From Lingula anatina (taxonomy: Eukaryota > Animalia > Brachiopoda), in contig CM120642.1 of the NCBI GenBank assembly GCA_051362555.1, positions 26,040,001 through 26,104,000 on the forward strand: a stretch of DNA of 64,000 nucleotides, read 5' to 3'. Positions 1 through 13,461 of this stretch are shown here, one piece after another (position 1 is the first letter of the stretch; each line of letters begins with the position of its first letter). The notes beneath the pieces are model-generated. The model had not been told where the DNA came from, made no database searches, and saw only the letters and a program-made list of their open reading frames with translations. The position numbers and the translations under genes are program-made.

Positions 1-799
1 TTTATAAACAATTTATAAACAAGATCTGCTGTCCTGTACCTTATGCCCCCTTTTTTCCAACCACTACCTGTTAAAAAGATAATGTGTTTAAGTCACCGCA
101 AATAACATCCGCATTTTAATAAAAGTGCAACATGAGGACCTTTCATGAGAATGCCTTTATGGAAACCCTTATTACCAATAGTCTATAAGGTGTCCTCCGA
201 TATAGTTTAAAACCATTTCCTTTTTCGCGAGTCTGATTTCTGTTTACAGATTTTGATAAATAATAAATATTGATGGCCGTTAACCACACTAGTGCCAAAT
301 TTTTGTAAATCGTCAGCAAAAAGCGTATAAATCTCTTGGTCCTTTCCGAACAATTTATAACTTCCAACCAATAAGTGCCTATATTGTCGGTTATAAGGCT
401 TATTTGAACTGGCTTGGCGGTTAAGCAGTACTCGCTCGCGCTATTCTAACTTTCCTAAGATAGTAACGATCAAAGTCACTAGAGAGTAGGCGTCAATTTG
501 GCCAATTCACCGTATTGATAGGAAAATAAGTTCCAGTCTGAATGTTCAAATCATGGCATGATGGCAAGGAATATGCGGTTGCTGGAACAAAAGTAATTAC
601 TTTGGGACATTTGGAGTTTATAACACTCCCAACATTTCACGCTCCCAAAACAAGAATAGCATGCTCATTCCTCAACGTATTTCCCGGTCAGATGTTATGG
701 ACTACAATGAGCGAGTTTGAAATCGCATTCAGTGACGATTAAAACAGTGTCAGGAGTAAATTATTGAAGTCCACCGTCTTACAATGTTTGTATTGTCCA

Positions 800-817
800 C
801 TCTCTCTCTCTCTCTCC

Positions 818-865
<48 letters not shown>
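800..865. repeat. (CT)n microsatellite
   Basis: About 32 near-perfect CT units; source of the spurious RERE/SLSL ORFs. Confidence 0.95.
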
Positions 866-868
<3 letters not shown>

Positions 869-1277
869 TTCCATTCTTCGCACTCACACAACATAACTTC
901 CCCTGTGAGTAAGTACCTAGACCTGTCCGAACCCAATAACACCTTTATACATCTAGTTATTTGTTTCACGAAGGGTGAGCCTGGTCAATACTTATGGTCA
1001 ATATAAAATGTTGTTATTGTTATTGGACAGAGGTCCATCCACAAAGGGATAAGAAGAACAGTATCTGACCATCCTAGGCCCAGTGCGCAGGCGTGAAATT
1101 TCCCCACCCACAAGTCTAGTACCCCGGTACTTTTCCATCAGGCTTGGTGAGCACATAAAAGTCCTCCCTTTTATGATATAGGTTAATTGTAAAGCCATGC
1201 ATTGAGGTTGATCTTTCTTTGTAATGCATAAAGAAATAGTAGCAAAATATATCAAAATGCTTACATCAATGAAAAAA

Positions 1278-1341
1278 TGTGATCTGAAATGATGAGCTTC
1301 ACAGACCTTGTGGTCTGAAATGATGAGCTTCACAGACCTTG
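1278..1341. repeat. 31-bp tandem duplication
   Basis: tctgaaatgatgagcttcacagaccttg occurs twice with period 31. Confidence 0.9.
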
Positions 1342-4300
1342 ATGCACTTCAGTACACGGACATTCTTAGCTGAGGCTGTTACTTAATCATTTTACAAATC
1401 GTTCATTCGATCAAATGTTTCTTTAACTTGAACAACCCTACTCGTCAATGCACGCTGTCACAAAATATTGAATTTGAAGCGTCACCATTTGTTGTGTTTT
1501 ATTCAGGACGATGCTATCTGTTTATTCTCCATTTTATCCTTTTTTTCGGCCACAGAGTCAAATGTCACACTCGGTGACACCGGGTAAGAATTAAAGTCTC
1601 GTCCATAGTGATACGAGTAGGATATGCTATTACCACTCTATATATGTGATCTAACTGTGAAATAGAATTTAATCAGTGAAATGACAACATAAATGATAAG
1701 CAAGAACGGTCTCTGTATATAGGAATCAAAACAATAACATCGTGTTTAACAGCGCTTTTAGTAGGAACAATCTATTTCTCGACCAAAAACAAAAGATATG
1801 TGAAGCAATTCTAAACCAAAACATCGGGCGATCTTTTTAACCCCCTTGCTCCATCTCAAATATCTGCGCCCGAAGGAGGACCAGTGGGGCGACATTTTTG
1901 TGGTTACTTTAAAGATCGTCTGCGAGCCAGACGACAGGGGACGCTAAAGAAAAAATTGAATCGCTCAGCCCACCAGCGTGAGAAAAAGCCGGAAGAGCAA
2001 TAGACATGCGTTATTTTCTGGAGGATAATGTTCGTTTTGATGAATGGCGTTGTGTGATGTGAAGTTCGTTGTGGCTGTGGTGGATACTTTGTGTTTGTAT
2101 ACAGTGTATATCTAGTACATTAAGTAGCCCTCTATGATAATGCTTTGATTACGTATCGTCCGTGTTTGCTAAAAATTAGTCAAATACAACAAGGACGTCG
2201 ACGTGCTGCAGACACCTAGATTGTGTACTGAAAATTCTATTAAAAGTACTTGCCTTGCATAGTTATAAATGTTAGGCATACTACATTTGTGCATTTTTCA
2301 TTTATTTATTTATTTGTCTATTTTTTTTAGGTAAAAACGTCGAATTTTCCTGACGTTCTCAAAAAACAAAATATTTCTTAAAAACGATTCGAGTAGCGAG
2401 TTCCAAAATACCTTATAGGGATTCGTTTATCTCTTTATTTAACGTTATCTATCCACTATATTTAGCACACGCCCCTTGCACTATACCTACCAGCAAGCAC
2501 TTTTAACTTTTTGTCAGGGTTTGTAATCCATAATTTAGTAAACATGCATCATGGTACATCTCTCTGTTTTGGAAAAAAGTTAGAAGAATAAAAAAATGTA
2601 CATCCTACGGACCTTTCAGTGTGATCTTCTCTTCTAGTGCCGCAAATTAATTATGTGCACTTTTCTGTAACCCGAAAAGAGAATTGTGTCATGAATTACC
2701 CAGAGACGTATCTGTGAATATCAGGCTATAATGAAAAATCAATCTGTGACCCTGGTACAGGGTACTCTTTATAAACGTGCAGTTTTGCACCCTGTGTTTC
2801 GGAGATTTCTGGCAACTCACCTATCTATAATCTACTGCGGTATATTTTTATAAGCATGCATCTGTATTTAAGTTGATAGTAGTGAGGTGATTATCAGGGA
2901 CCTCTAGATGTTAGATATCCTTCTTAGGATAAAATACCCTTTATATTTGTCTTTCTTCCTATATGACAGCCGTTATCAGTTCAATTTGGTGTTTATCGTA
3001 TCTTCATTCCTCCTTTTCTCCTCTCCCGAGCCGTAGCGAGATACTTGCATTCTTGTTATGTATACGTATTACGTCATCGTAAACATTTCTTGTATTACAC
3101 CTTGTTTTATAATAAACATATGTCACCGCGTGTGTCTTATCTTTATTAAAACAATAACGCACTCGCTTAACCTTTGCTGCTAAAATCTGATTCACCCTAC
3201 GTTACATTAACCGACGCGGCAATTGTTTTGGGCGGAAGTACGGGCTAATAATAAGGAATCGTGTATAATCATCACGACCCTTATGTCATCACATAGAAAC
3301 ACGGTTCATGAACGTGATACTCCATGATTTAGAGATACATATGAAGCTGCAGTAAATCACTCGTACCGTAAATAATTTGTCCCAGTTTTTCACCGAATGC
3401 TTATAGGATTCAGATGCAAAATAAAAAAAAATAAATAAATAAACAAATAAATAAATAAATAATCTCTCAGGTAGAAAAAGTTTTTAGACTGCACCTTCTT
3501 AAACTTTCTAGCAGTAAATTTTCCTAACTCCGCACCCCCTTTCAGTCCAGAAAGTAGGCATAACTTTTTGTGCAAATATTATTTTTAATATCATGTATCA
3601 AAACTGAGATATTGCAGTTGATAAATTAGCTGGAGAAAATATCGTTTACCATTTACTGCAGGAAAATCGTTATGTAATGGGTTTTCGTTGAAAAATCTCT
3701 CACTGGGCACCTTCAAGTTGTCCTGACTTACAGATCACGTGTACTCTCTACTAGAGACCCTTTATATCTAGCAGTTTCGAAATAGCATCTTTCAATCAAT
3801 ATTGTAGCAGTAGAAGGGCCTCTGACAGAGATGAGTTGGATTATATTATCAGCATACGATACCTTATTATTAAGAAGACGCAACGAGTTAGGCACTGTGT
3901 TTCGCTTTTTTATTTTTATTTGAATTGTGTAAGTTATTCTTCATTTATTTATAAACCAATAACAGAAAGTCAGACAGTTTATTTAAAGATAAAAATAGTT
4001 TTACGGGATTTAATGTTTGAAAGGCATTTAAATTGGTCTCGTCAAGTTGAAAAATTTTCTTAATGGCACACTTTATTTGAATATGTCTAGGAAAGCAGAT
4101 TTACATAATTATTTAAATCTAACTTATTTGATAGTTTCTTGACCATTTCCACTTTCTACAATGTCTACAGTGCAGTTGCGAGATCTCTTCTTCTTATTCA
4201 AAATCTTTGAAATTAAAGAATGCAAAAATTCAAACACCGTTAATGCAAAATTATCCGCAAATAAATATTCATTTACAGAGCATTTTCGCCATATATCTCA

Positions 4301-5486
4301 TTAGTGGCAGTGTGCTGTGTACGGTGAAAGAAAGTGTACACTGTAACCAAAACTTAAAAATATAAATGTATTAGGATGAGTGATGCATCGGCTGTGTTGT
4401 TGTGTCTGTGTCCATAAGCAGCATAAATTAAGTCTACTTTGATGTATAATTTATTATCTGCTATTCGTTCTTGCGTATGCATGCTTGTTTGTGTGCTCTG
4501 TTTATCTTATTTATTGCATATAAAATTCTGACAGTAAAACATACTGATGAACAGAGGAAAACAAATGCACCCTGCATGGGTTTTTTTAAGTCTGGACTGA
4601 ACTTTTTGCTGCCAATTAAGCGTATTCAATCGTATTTCTAGAGGAGTCACCGTCGAATATGCGGTCCGCAGGGTGCAATGGGGGGAATAACTCCATGTAA
4701 CGCAGTGCAATATGATGCGACAGGTGAGAATGCGATGCGTGGAGGGAAAATGAGGCAATGTTAATTTCATATGTCTGTTAAAGTTAGGAATTTTTAGTCG
4801 TTGTTAGGTGCATGGTGCATTGCACAACCAGCTGTCGGCCTGTACACTTCTCGTCAGTAGGGTATTTTACGAGCCAAATGATTTTAAGTTCTGTCTAGTT
4901 TTCTTCCCTGTATTTTCTAAGGCGTGTAAATAGGGACATTTCATGGAATACATGTAAAAACTGATGATATTGCATCAATTGATTTAATAATGTTAATCAA
5001 AAATAAAAGCAAAATTGTAGTCCTTGGGTGTTATGTGCTAACCAATCGCAGCAGTTTACCAACCATGAAAGGACTGTCTTCATTATGCCCACCACCTATC
5101 CCCACCTATGCTTCTTGTGTGATGCTAAAGCCAATATGTTTTACAATAAAACTGATCTTGTTATAATTCTTAAATTGATCGTACAGTTACCAAAAACACA
5201 AAACTTTGGATTCTCCCTGAGGTCATGCACCAATAGTTCAACACCCCCCTTTCTTTATTTACCTTTGTGGTATTCTAAGAACTCATTCTTCCGAGGTTGC
5301 CATGATAAATGGTTTTTGGTAGATATTTGAGGAACTGCTTGGCAAATGCAATGCGACTGGGAACATAAGTTAACCTTAGAAATGTGTGGGCCTACCGTGT
5401 AAAAAGAAGTCTAGATCGACTTTTAATCTTTAAAGTTGCCTAGATTTTTTGTAAACCAGATGAAAACCGAGGCATCTATGCTTGAT

Positions 5487-5520
<34 letters not shown>

Positions 5521-7793
5521 TGAGGAATGGTTTTCTAGGGTGAGATATAGAAAGTAGTCGCTGTTTGCATATGCATAGGAGAATCGAAAGAAAGAAAGAA
5601 AAAAAGAATGAAAGAAAAAAAGAAAAATCCAACATCTTAATGACACCAAAACATTGCCAAACGTAATCTGCTTGAAAATCTTAAACTTGGCGCATCGTTT
5701 GATTAAAAAAGGCAGTTAAAAATTTTATATAAAGGTATATATATATAAATAAATAAATAAACAAATAATGCGATTCTCACTTTAAAGATTTACTTCTTTT
5801 TAATTTGATTTATTTGGACTTCTTTGCTGCCGTCATTCTTTTCCTTTTTAGGCATGTTTATTACCCAATCTGACAGCGGGCCAGTATTACTCACATATAT
5901 GTGGTTTTTGTAGTTCCTTTTGATCTGAACATTTCTGGGTTCCACATATTTGTGCGGCAGACGATATTTGGCAACGGTTCAAGTTCGGTACGGCTTGGAC
6001 TCTTTCACTCTTTTTTGAAAAGGTTTGGAGTAGTTTTGTGTTAGATTTCACGATGATTATTGACACAAGCAGTGAAAATATACTGTTCATTTGTTTTCCT
6101 TTTCGTTGTGTTTTCCTATAGACACTCCTATACAGAGTGATGGCCTATAGTATTAGCGAACAATGAAAGCCATATTACGATTTTATAAGATGAAAAAATT
6201 GCAAACGAAGGTTGATGTATCAAAACAAGAGTTGCGTCATCATATTTAGTAAGACTCTTAGTACGCTGGAAAGATAAGGTTGGTAGATTTTATTCCGTCC
6301 TATGTGTAAAAAGCTTAACGAGGGACATAACCCTCCAGATCACTACTTTTACCAAACGAAACATTTTACGCTTTAAGAAAGGCCAACGTAACATTCCAAA
6401 TAGGAATGTGAATATCAAGCTGGTTCAGAAATTTCACTAAGAATTTGCTGTTAAAAAATATTTGTTGGAGAGGGGGCAGGGCGCCCACATTTGCAAAGAA
6501 AACGCCGTGTCGCTCATTACAAAAATCTTGTCGGCATACTTCGGATGAGGTTAACCAGCTTTGCCCGGAACCGGCTAAATGTTGCCATGGCTTGACCGGC
6601 CTCTCCCTGACCCGTGTCCATGGGGGTCATACAACCTGAAGTGACCAGCAGCCTCGAAAAAAATGAAACGAGAAACACTGGAGCATTTTACACATACATG
6701 CCCCCTCCTTTTTTGTGCAGTTTGCGATGAATCGGGTACCAATGATTCTGAGTTAATTGCTACAACGCGGCGTTCAGTTCATATTTGATAAAAACATATA
6801 GTATTAACTTTAGAAAGCATGCGATTGATTACAATCCCCATTGTTATCTCATCCACTGCTCGTTGCATTGACCTTTTGACTCGGGATTGTAGAGGCATGA
6901 TACGTATTTAATGCGGGGGGGGGGGGGGGGGGGGGCATTCAAGCGTCTGTTCTGCGAGCTGCGAGAGAGCCATTTCTTGTGAGAATCCCAAGGTATAGTA
7001 GGCGCTATATTTTTCATCTTATTTTGGATATCAGTCATATATATTTTTGCCAAGACCTTGTTATAGGTTGGGGCAGATGAGACACGCACCTGGCATGCTT
7101 CCAGATTTACTTTATAAGGTTGGAGCCAAGGGACTTAGCAGAGAGTTTTGCATTCTACTGAAGTAAAAAAAGTCACATGATTATTGCAAACAAATATGAA
7201 CTAATGATAGCCTCTGATACAGAATGGCTTGAGACCGTGTTTCGCATCCACGTTACATAACCAATTGCAAGACAGTAAGGGACCTTTCCAAAGCGGCCAA
7301 TGCACAGCAGCGACCCAATTATTCAAATTCCCCAAGAAACCAATATACCGGTAGTGAAGCGTTGCCGTTTTGGAGCCCTGCCATGTTTCCCTGGAAGATA
7401 AATAGACCGTTAATTCATCCCATCAACACACTGGATAATAATGTAGATAATTGTATCTCTGTGGAGATTTGCGTAACTGACGTATTTTTCCTAACGGTCA
7501 ATATTCCAATAGTTTATACGATTTTGAAGAGATTACAAGTGCCCTAGATCAGTGAGCATTTGCCGCTGTAGAATATATATATGTACATATGCATTTTGGT
7601 ATGCTTCGATCTCTTTTGCATTATCATGCATCGAACCTTTTGAATGTCCGTTATCAAAATTCCAAAAATGGCTAGCGGAAATTAATGTAGGTGTCTTTAA
7701 ATTTTTTCAGTTTTGATAAGTATATCTCTCTGTTTTATAAAAAAAATTAATAAGTATCGTCTTTATTTTGATCCAGTTGTTCCCTTTTCAAAT

Positions 7794-7965
7794 GTCCGAT
7801 TCAGAACAGTAGACTAACTAGTCCGAGGGTCAAATATGGCCGACCCACTTGAATACTTCCCCACGGGAAATCTATTCAGTGTCTATTAGCGGATTAGACG
7901 GCAAGTTTTTTAGTGGGTCGCCATTTTGACCCGCAGACTGGTTAGTCCACTATTCTGAATCGGCC
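7794..7965. mobile_element. Palindromic MITE (~170 bp, ~55-bp inverted arms)
   Basis: gtccgattcagaacagtagactaactagtccgagggtcaaatatggccgacccact pairs with agtgggtcggccattttgacccgcagactggttagtccactattctgaatcggcc; no ORF. Confidence 0.75.
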
Positions 7966-8582
7966 AAAGATGACGCTATTGCTTTTGTTTCGCAATATCT
8001 GCTATTTTGCCAATTTTCAAAAAACATTTCGTGATACCCTTGCGTATGATCTCAGTTAAGGTGCTGTATCAGGGACACCAAAACCCCAGTTACATACATT
8101 TACATGTACCTAAGTGAATACAACTCCACCAAACACAACAACATCTTGGCAATCACCAAGCAGTATAGCATGCAGTTGCGATGTACATTTAACTTGTCAA
8201 CTTCTACTATTCAACTTGACGACAACATGAATTATATGTCAATCTGCAGAATCGCTGCGATTAATACATGATCAGTCTTCCTTCCCCATCCCGAGTTGCA
8301 GAAATTACTTGTAATCCACACTATCATTACACTATCATACATATCATGATTGTCATGACAGTCTTAAAACCCTCTTCTCATACCCTGGGCTTTAGATTGG
8401 AAGCGTGTCCGCTCCTTTCCATATGCATGTACATATATCTGCTTACATTAGAAATGTGGCACTGTTATGGAGATATGAATAGACTAGAAGATACAGAAGC
8501 TGCCTCGCTGAGTATCTTCCCCTGTTGGAAGGTTGTTTATCAACTGGCATAATATTGATATACATGTACTTACGAATTTGTA

Positions 8583-8585
<3 letters not shown>

Positions 8586-8624
<39 letters not shown>

Positions 8625-8783
8625 CAAGAGAAATAGAAGATATGTTGCTTCCTCTTTGTCTTATGCACTGGACACGCAGATGCCGATATTATTGTGTGGG
8701 CGGTGATCTCTGGTGCATCATGTTATTGGTTTGAGTATTCTCTTTATAAACAAATGCGGATTAAAAATAAAATGCACTTAATG

Positions 8784-8823
<40 letters not shown>
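8586..8823. repeat. (GA)n at 8586-8621 and (TC)n at 8787-8823 microsatellites
   Basis: Two ~18-unit dinucleotide tracts in opposite orientation. Confidence 0.9.
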
Positions 8824-8828
<5 letters not shown>

Positions 8829-9385
8829 ACACAACAGCAGACAACAAGCAAAAATATATGACACCTTGACTATTTGCCCTTTCATATCAAATAACTCTGT
8901 ATCGTCATCAGAACAAAATGTTTTCCGCGGTGACAAAAAATTTGTAAAGAAAAACAACAAAGCGCGCTAACGCGGGTGGTTGAACCTTAGTCAGAAATGC
9001 CGACAACAGTAAATGCTGCAATTACATTGAATGAGTTACATATAAACTACCTGTACGGGTCGTTAGACTGATGGCGCCAAAAAAGGTAATTGTTACAATG
9101 ATATTTGAAATACTAGTACATTTTGATGAGACATATATACGCTGCCTGTTAGCCTATGTTTGGGTCTTGACATTGAAAGCAATCTGCATTTACCCCTAAG
9201 TTGTCATATTTTTTGTGACAGTCGGAATTGTGGCTGATGTCAAAGAACCTCGAAGTGATGCTTCTCGTCGGTTAGATTGATATTTTAGTTTTACGTCTCA
9301 TAGTTGCTTCGCAATTTATTTGGTCGAGTTGTGTGGTCGGTGATACGTTTTAGGCGGTTTTCGAACCCTTTTATTTGTAATTTCG

Positions 9386-9387
<2 letters not shown>

Positions 9388-9467
<80 letters not shown>
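9388..9467. repeat. (TA)n microsatellite
   Basis: About 40 perfect TA units. Confidence 0.95.
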
Positions 9468-9469
<2 letters not shown>

Positions 9470-10570
9470 TGATAACCTGTATGTTTCTGCGGCGTTGGTG
9501 CATGTCGAGGCATTTGTTCTACATGTAACACCATACTGCCAAACCGTGTTATTGATTTATTTGGAATTAATTTGGAAGTTTTGTGATGCAAAATTCTAGG
9601 CAGAGTTCATAAAACGCCATGATCAGATCATTTTACTGTGAAAGTCATGTTTTTGCATGCTAGTGAGAAATGTCATGAAGAAGTTTAATCGTTTTGTTTT
9701 GTTTTGTTTTGTTTTTTTGTGTGTTTTTTTTTGTGTTTTTTTTTTTTTTTTTTTTTTTTTTGCAGTTGTGAAATCATCATGAACTGAGGATGATCACGTG
9801 TGTTAGGTGTTTGGAAACGAAGTTTCATGTCAGGTAGAACCTTAGTCAACTCAAAAATATTTTTAAAAGATAAATTATGTCCTTTATGATAACGATGTCG
9901 AATATGAAAGAAATTAGTGAAGTGAGATTAGTAAGTGGATGACAATAATCGCATACCTTAGGCATGGGTCTTTGTTAATCGATATTTGCTTTGAAGCTAA
10001 CGTTTCTTATGTTTTCAAGGACTTGCCTCTTACGCACGTGTCTGAGCATACGTATAGAAAACAAAGCCACTTCGGGAAAATAGAAGACAGACCAGAAAAG
10101 AGATGCATGTTTGTTTACTTTGGTCAAGGCTCCATCATTTTTTTAGCATGATCAGCAATCAAGGTCTCGTTTTTGGCACTTACCCAGCAGGGAACCAGAA
10201 ATTTGGCCAGTATGAAGTACACCATGCATGCATACACCTATTTTATTGTTTCGAGAAATAATTGAGAAGGGGAAAAACAAAGATAATTATATGTATAGGA
10301 AATAGGCCTTCACCTCAAGTTCTTTTTTCACTCTTTTAAGAGTAAAAATTGAAATTTCATTAAGAAGACTCGAATTTAGTGTATGATCATATGCTTAAGT
10401 GCTTATGTTGTATCATTTTAATGATATTCTACGTTGTTTCGCTGGTGTTGATATAAAAGGAACTTAATGTCGATGCCAGCAGTGATGGAATGACATACGC
10501 TCGCTGTAATAGCAAAACTGCCTAAAAGGTGGCAGCACAGGCCAGACACCTACAAGCGCGTCTTGGCTAT

Positions 10571-10584
10571 ATCACGTGACGTAA
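10571..10584 (+). promoter_or_regulatory. Goliath promoter E-box/CLEAR-like motif overlapping a CRE-like site
   Basis: aTCACGTGACGTAA about 180 bp upstream of the first ATG. Confidence 0.45.
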
Positions 10585-10758
10585 ACTTCAGAACAAAACA
10601 AGTAGGAAGGTGGTATGAAAGTTTCCCATGAGGTAACTAGAACGCAATGAAATGTGACCTTCTTCAAGGTAATTCCTCGTATGAATTCCAGATTTTCCAA
10701 TAGCTGAGACGATTTACCAACTACTTGGCCAGCTACTTAGTAAAGTTAAAGGCGAACA

Positions 10759-11260
10759 ATGCCTAATTTTTGCCAGTTGAAACCGTTTTTTACAAGCCTG
10801 GTAAAGGCACCGTCGGTAGGAGCGAGGTCAATGTTATGGTTTCAGATTTTATGCGTTCTATGTGGTCACCAAGTAATAACTGTGTTATGTGCAAACGACG
10901 TATCACCTATGAGTGACAGCGGAAAGGTGGTATGGGCCATCATAAACATTACGTACAAAGACCCAGTTACGATGGAAACCGTTTCTTACACCCAAGAGAT
11001 GGGAAAATATGGAAACAAAGGCAAGATTGGCCCCGAACATGGAATAGTGGTTCATGTAAGGACGGAGGACAACCAGACTCATGGATGCACTGCTCCAAAA
11101 AATAAGGTACCACCGAACACTCGTTGGATCGCCCTGATAAAGCGTGGACACTGCAGATTTCACGACAAAGTGTACAATGCAGCCAAAGTACGCAATGCAT
11201 CTGCAGTTATCATATATAATGACAAAGAAGAAAACGACCTGATAGTTATCAGCCATCAAG
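10759..11260 (+). CDS. gol: Goliath exon 1: signal peptide and PA domain (alternative start at ATG 10831)
   Basis: [35 protein letters not shown]; donor CAAG|GTAAGG, phase 1. Confidence 0.92.
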
Positions 11261-13408
11261 GTAAGGGTAATTTTCCTGCCTGGTTTGCTTCATTGTAATC
11301 TTGGTGCACGTACACGAGCACAGCAACAACACAAACATGCACGCACACAGACATACTTCATATGTTTCTGTAGTGTTTTGTTGGAAAACACCTGTCTCGA
11401 CCAGGGATCAAACCCAAACAGTCACTCACCATTTGCGTCCCCTACCACAGAGCTTTCCAGCCTAGATCTCTAACCTAGCCAGTCACTACCCCCCCCCCCC
11501 CAACTTGCAATGGCAAAAAATAGAGTCCACTGATCCCTACGTCATTGCCACCATTGTATTGCTTTGGGGGGAAACACCTGGATCGATCGTGGATTAAACC
11601 GGGACGCCTGCTCATGGTGCTATTGCTCTACCACTGAACTATTGAGCCCAGGGCCCCATAACTACGATTACTCGTAAGCATGGCGAATTGCAAATAGTGA
11701 TATCACCTTTTATTTCGAGGGTATTATATGGGGCGATTATGGGCAAGTTATGGAATCGAGATGCTTGCGCTCGGTCGCAATGCGCGATGCTTTCAAGTTA
11801 TGGGGCCCAGGTCTACCAGGCCAGTCGCTACAGTTCTCATAGTCATTTTAACTATTATTTTAATACTGATTTTTACAAAATGGCACTGTAATTTTGAAAT
11901 CTCCAAACTTCATGTGATCTTTCTAATGTCTCTGACAATAAAAAAAAAGGCATTTTCGGTGACATTGAGCAAATTTGTATGTATATTTTGAAACCAAGCA
12001 GTTTGATATGTGCAAGAAACAGTAATAATTACTCAAGACTCAAGAATGTGATGTTATCTGAGCCCTTTGTTAAGAAAAGGAGATAAAGATTTTATCAAAA
12101 GATAGAACTGCTTTATACAAAGTTTACAGCTGGTTATTTGATGAGCTGGTTCAGAATATATACAGATCGGATTTTAGACAGGTGAATAACTTCACCTTCA
12201 AGGTAATCTTTTACCTTGTTTTTAGGACTAGTAAGGATACAAAACAGTCCATTGAGATAGTGTTTAATGTATATTATGTAACCCTTTTTTTTTTGCAATT
12301 TTGGGTTCACAGTATGTAACAGTTTTTGTTGCACATCCAAGCAAACCTAGGCAGTTGTTCTTAAGATATGGATTTGGGCTTAGTAAAATAAGCAAGCCCC
12401 TGGATACGAGGTCTTGTTCTTTCTCCAAGCATCTGGCAAAAGCTATGAAATGTGGTATCTGGAAAAGTTACCAGCTGCCAGCTCAAGAATTGACTCATGA
12501 AAATATCACATGGGGAAATGAAGTCCTTGACCTCTATTATTTAGTGCTTGAAGATAGCCTTGTATGAACTATTTCGTATCGTTTAGGTAATATAAATCAA
12601 AATAATCTAGAGCTTAAGATAAGGGGTTTGTTTTTTAGGTTAACTTGTGCTTAATATTCTTATTTGCTAGGATTAAACCTATAAAATTCCATATCTATTG
12701 ACTCAGCTTTCTAGACATGGACACTTTCATGATCTTTGATAGGTTAATAAAAACTGGAAGTAGGCATTTTTTTTTTCTATTTTTCTCAGTATACCGTGTG
12801 TAATTCGGTATCTAGTCAAATAAGTTGAATCATTTGATACAGCATGGAATTTAACCGCTCTTTACAACACAAGAATATGTGTCTAGTTTCAGATTAAAAG
12901 TACTAGTAGGCAAATGATACACTTTTTTTCACGCTGACAATGCAAGGTCAAAAATACATATTTCCGACTTTCTGATTGTTCAATGCAAGGTCAAAAATAC
13001 ATATTTCTGACTTTCTGATTGTTCATTAGTTTTGATTGGACTATAATCTGGCCAATAAACATAGTTATTACTTTATTACATTTAGATTAGCTACAAAGTC
13101 CCCATCAGATAAATATCCTATATAGCAGCTTCTCATATACAACTGAATGGTGCCATGATGCACTTCCCAGATCTTGAAGATGGTAGCTTTACAGTTTGCA
13201 TCAGCTCTGCATCATTCTGTTCCATAATCTTTAGAATTGACTTGAAGTTAGGCACTAATGTCATCTTATGATATAACTAATTGCATGATTCAAGAGTGTC
13301 AACTACCACATTCTTTTCTACATTGTTTTAACTTTAAAATATGCCTTAATTTATTGCTTATCAGGAAGGGTGAGACAATATTAGAATTAAAAAAATAAAT
13401 CAGAGTGG

Positions 13409-13461
<53 letters not shown>

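Noticed and set aside
1284-1320. Box C (ATGATGA) and box D (CTGA) suggesting a C/D snoRNA
   Set aside because: Spacing is far too short and is created by the 31-bp tandem duplication
1690-4800. CpG-rich patches with isolated splice-like signals
   Set aside because: No recognisable protein or consistent exon chain; may be unclassified repeats
9291-9591. ORFs with (IY)n and similar (RE)n, (TH)n, (VC)n ORFs elsewhere
   Set aside because: Microsatellite translation artefacts
11391-11648. Functional tRNA genes
   Set aside because: B-boxes deviate from GTTCRA and the stems do not close; treated as SINE-like
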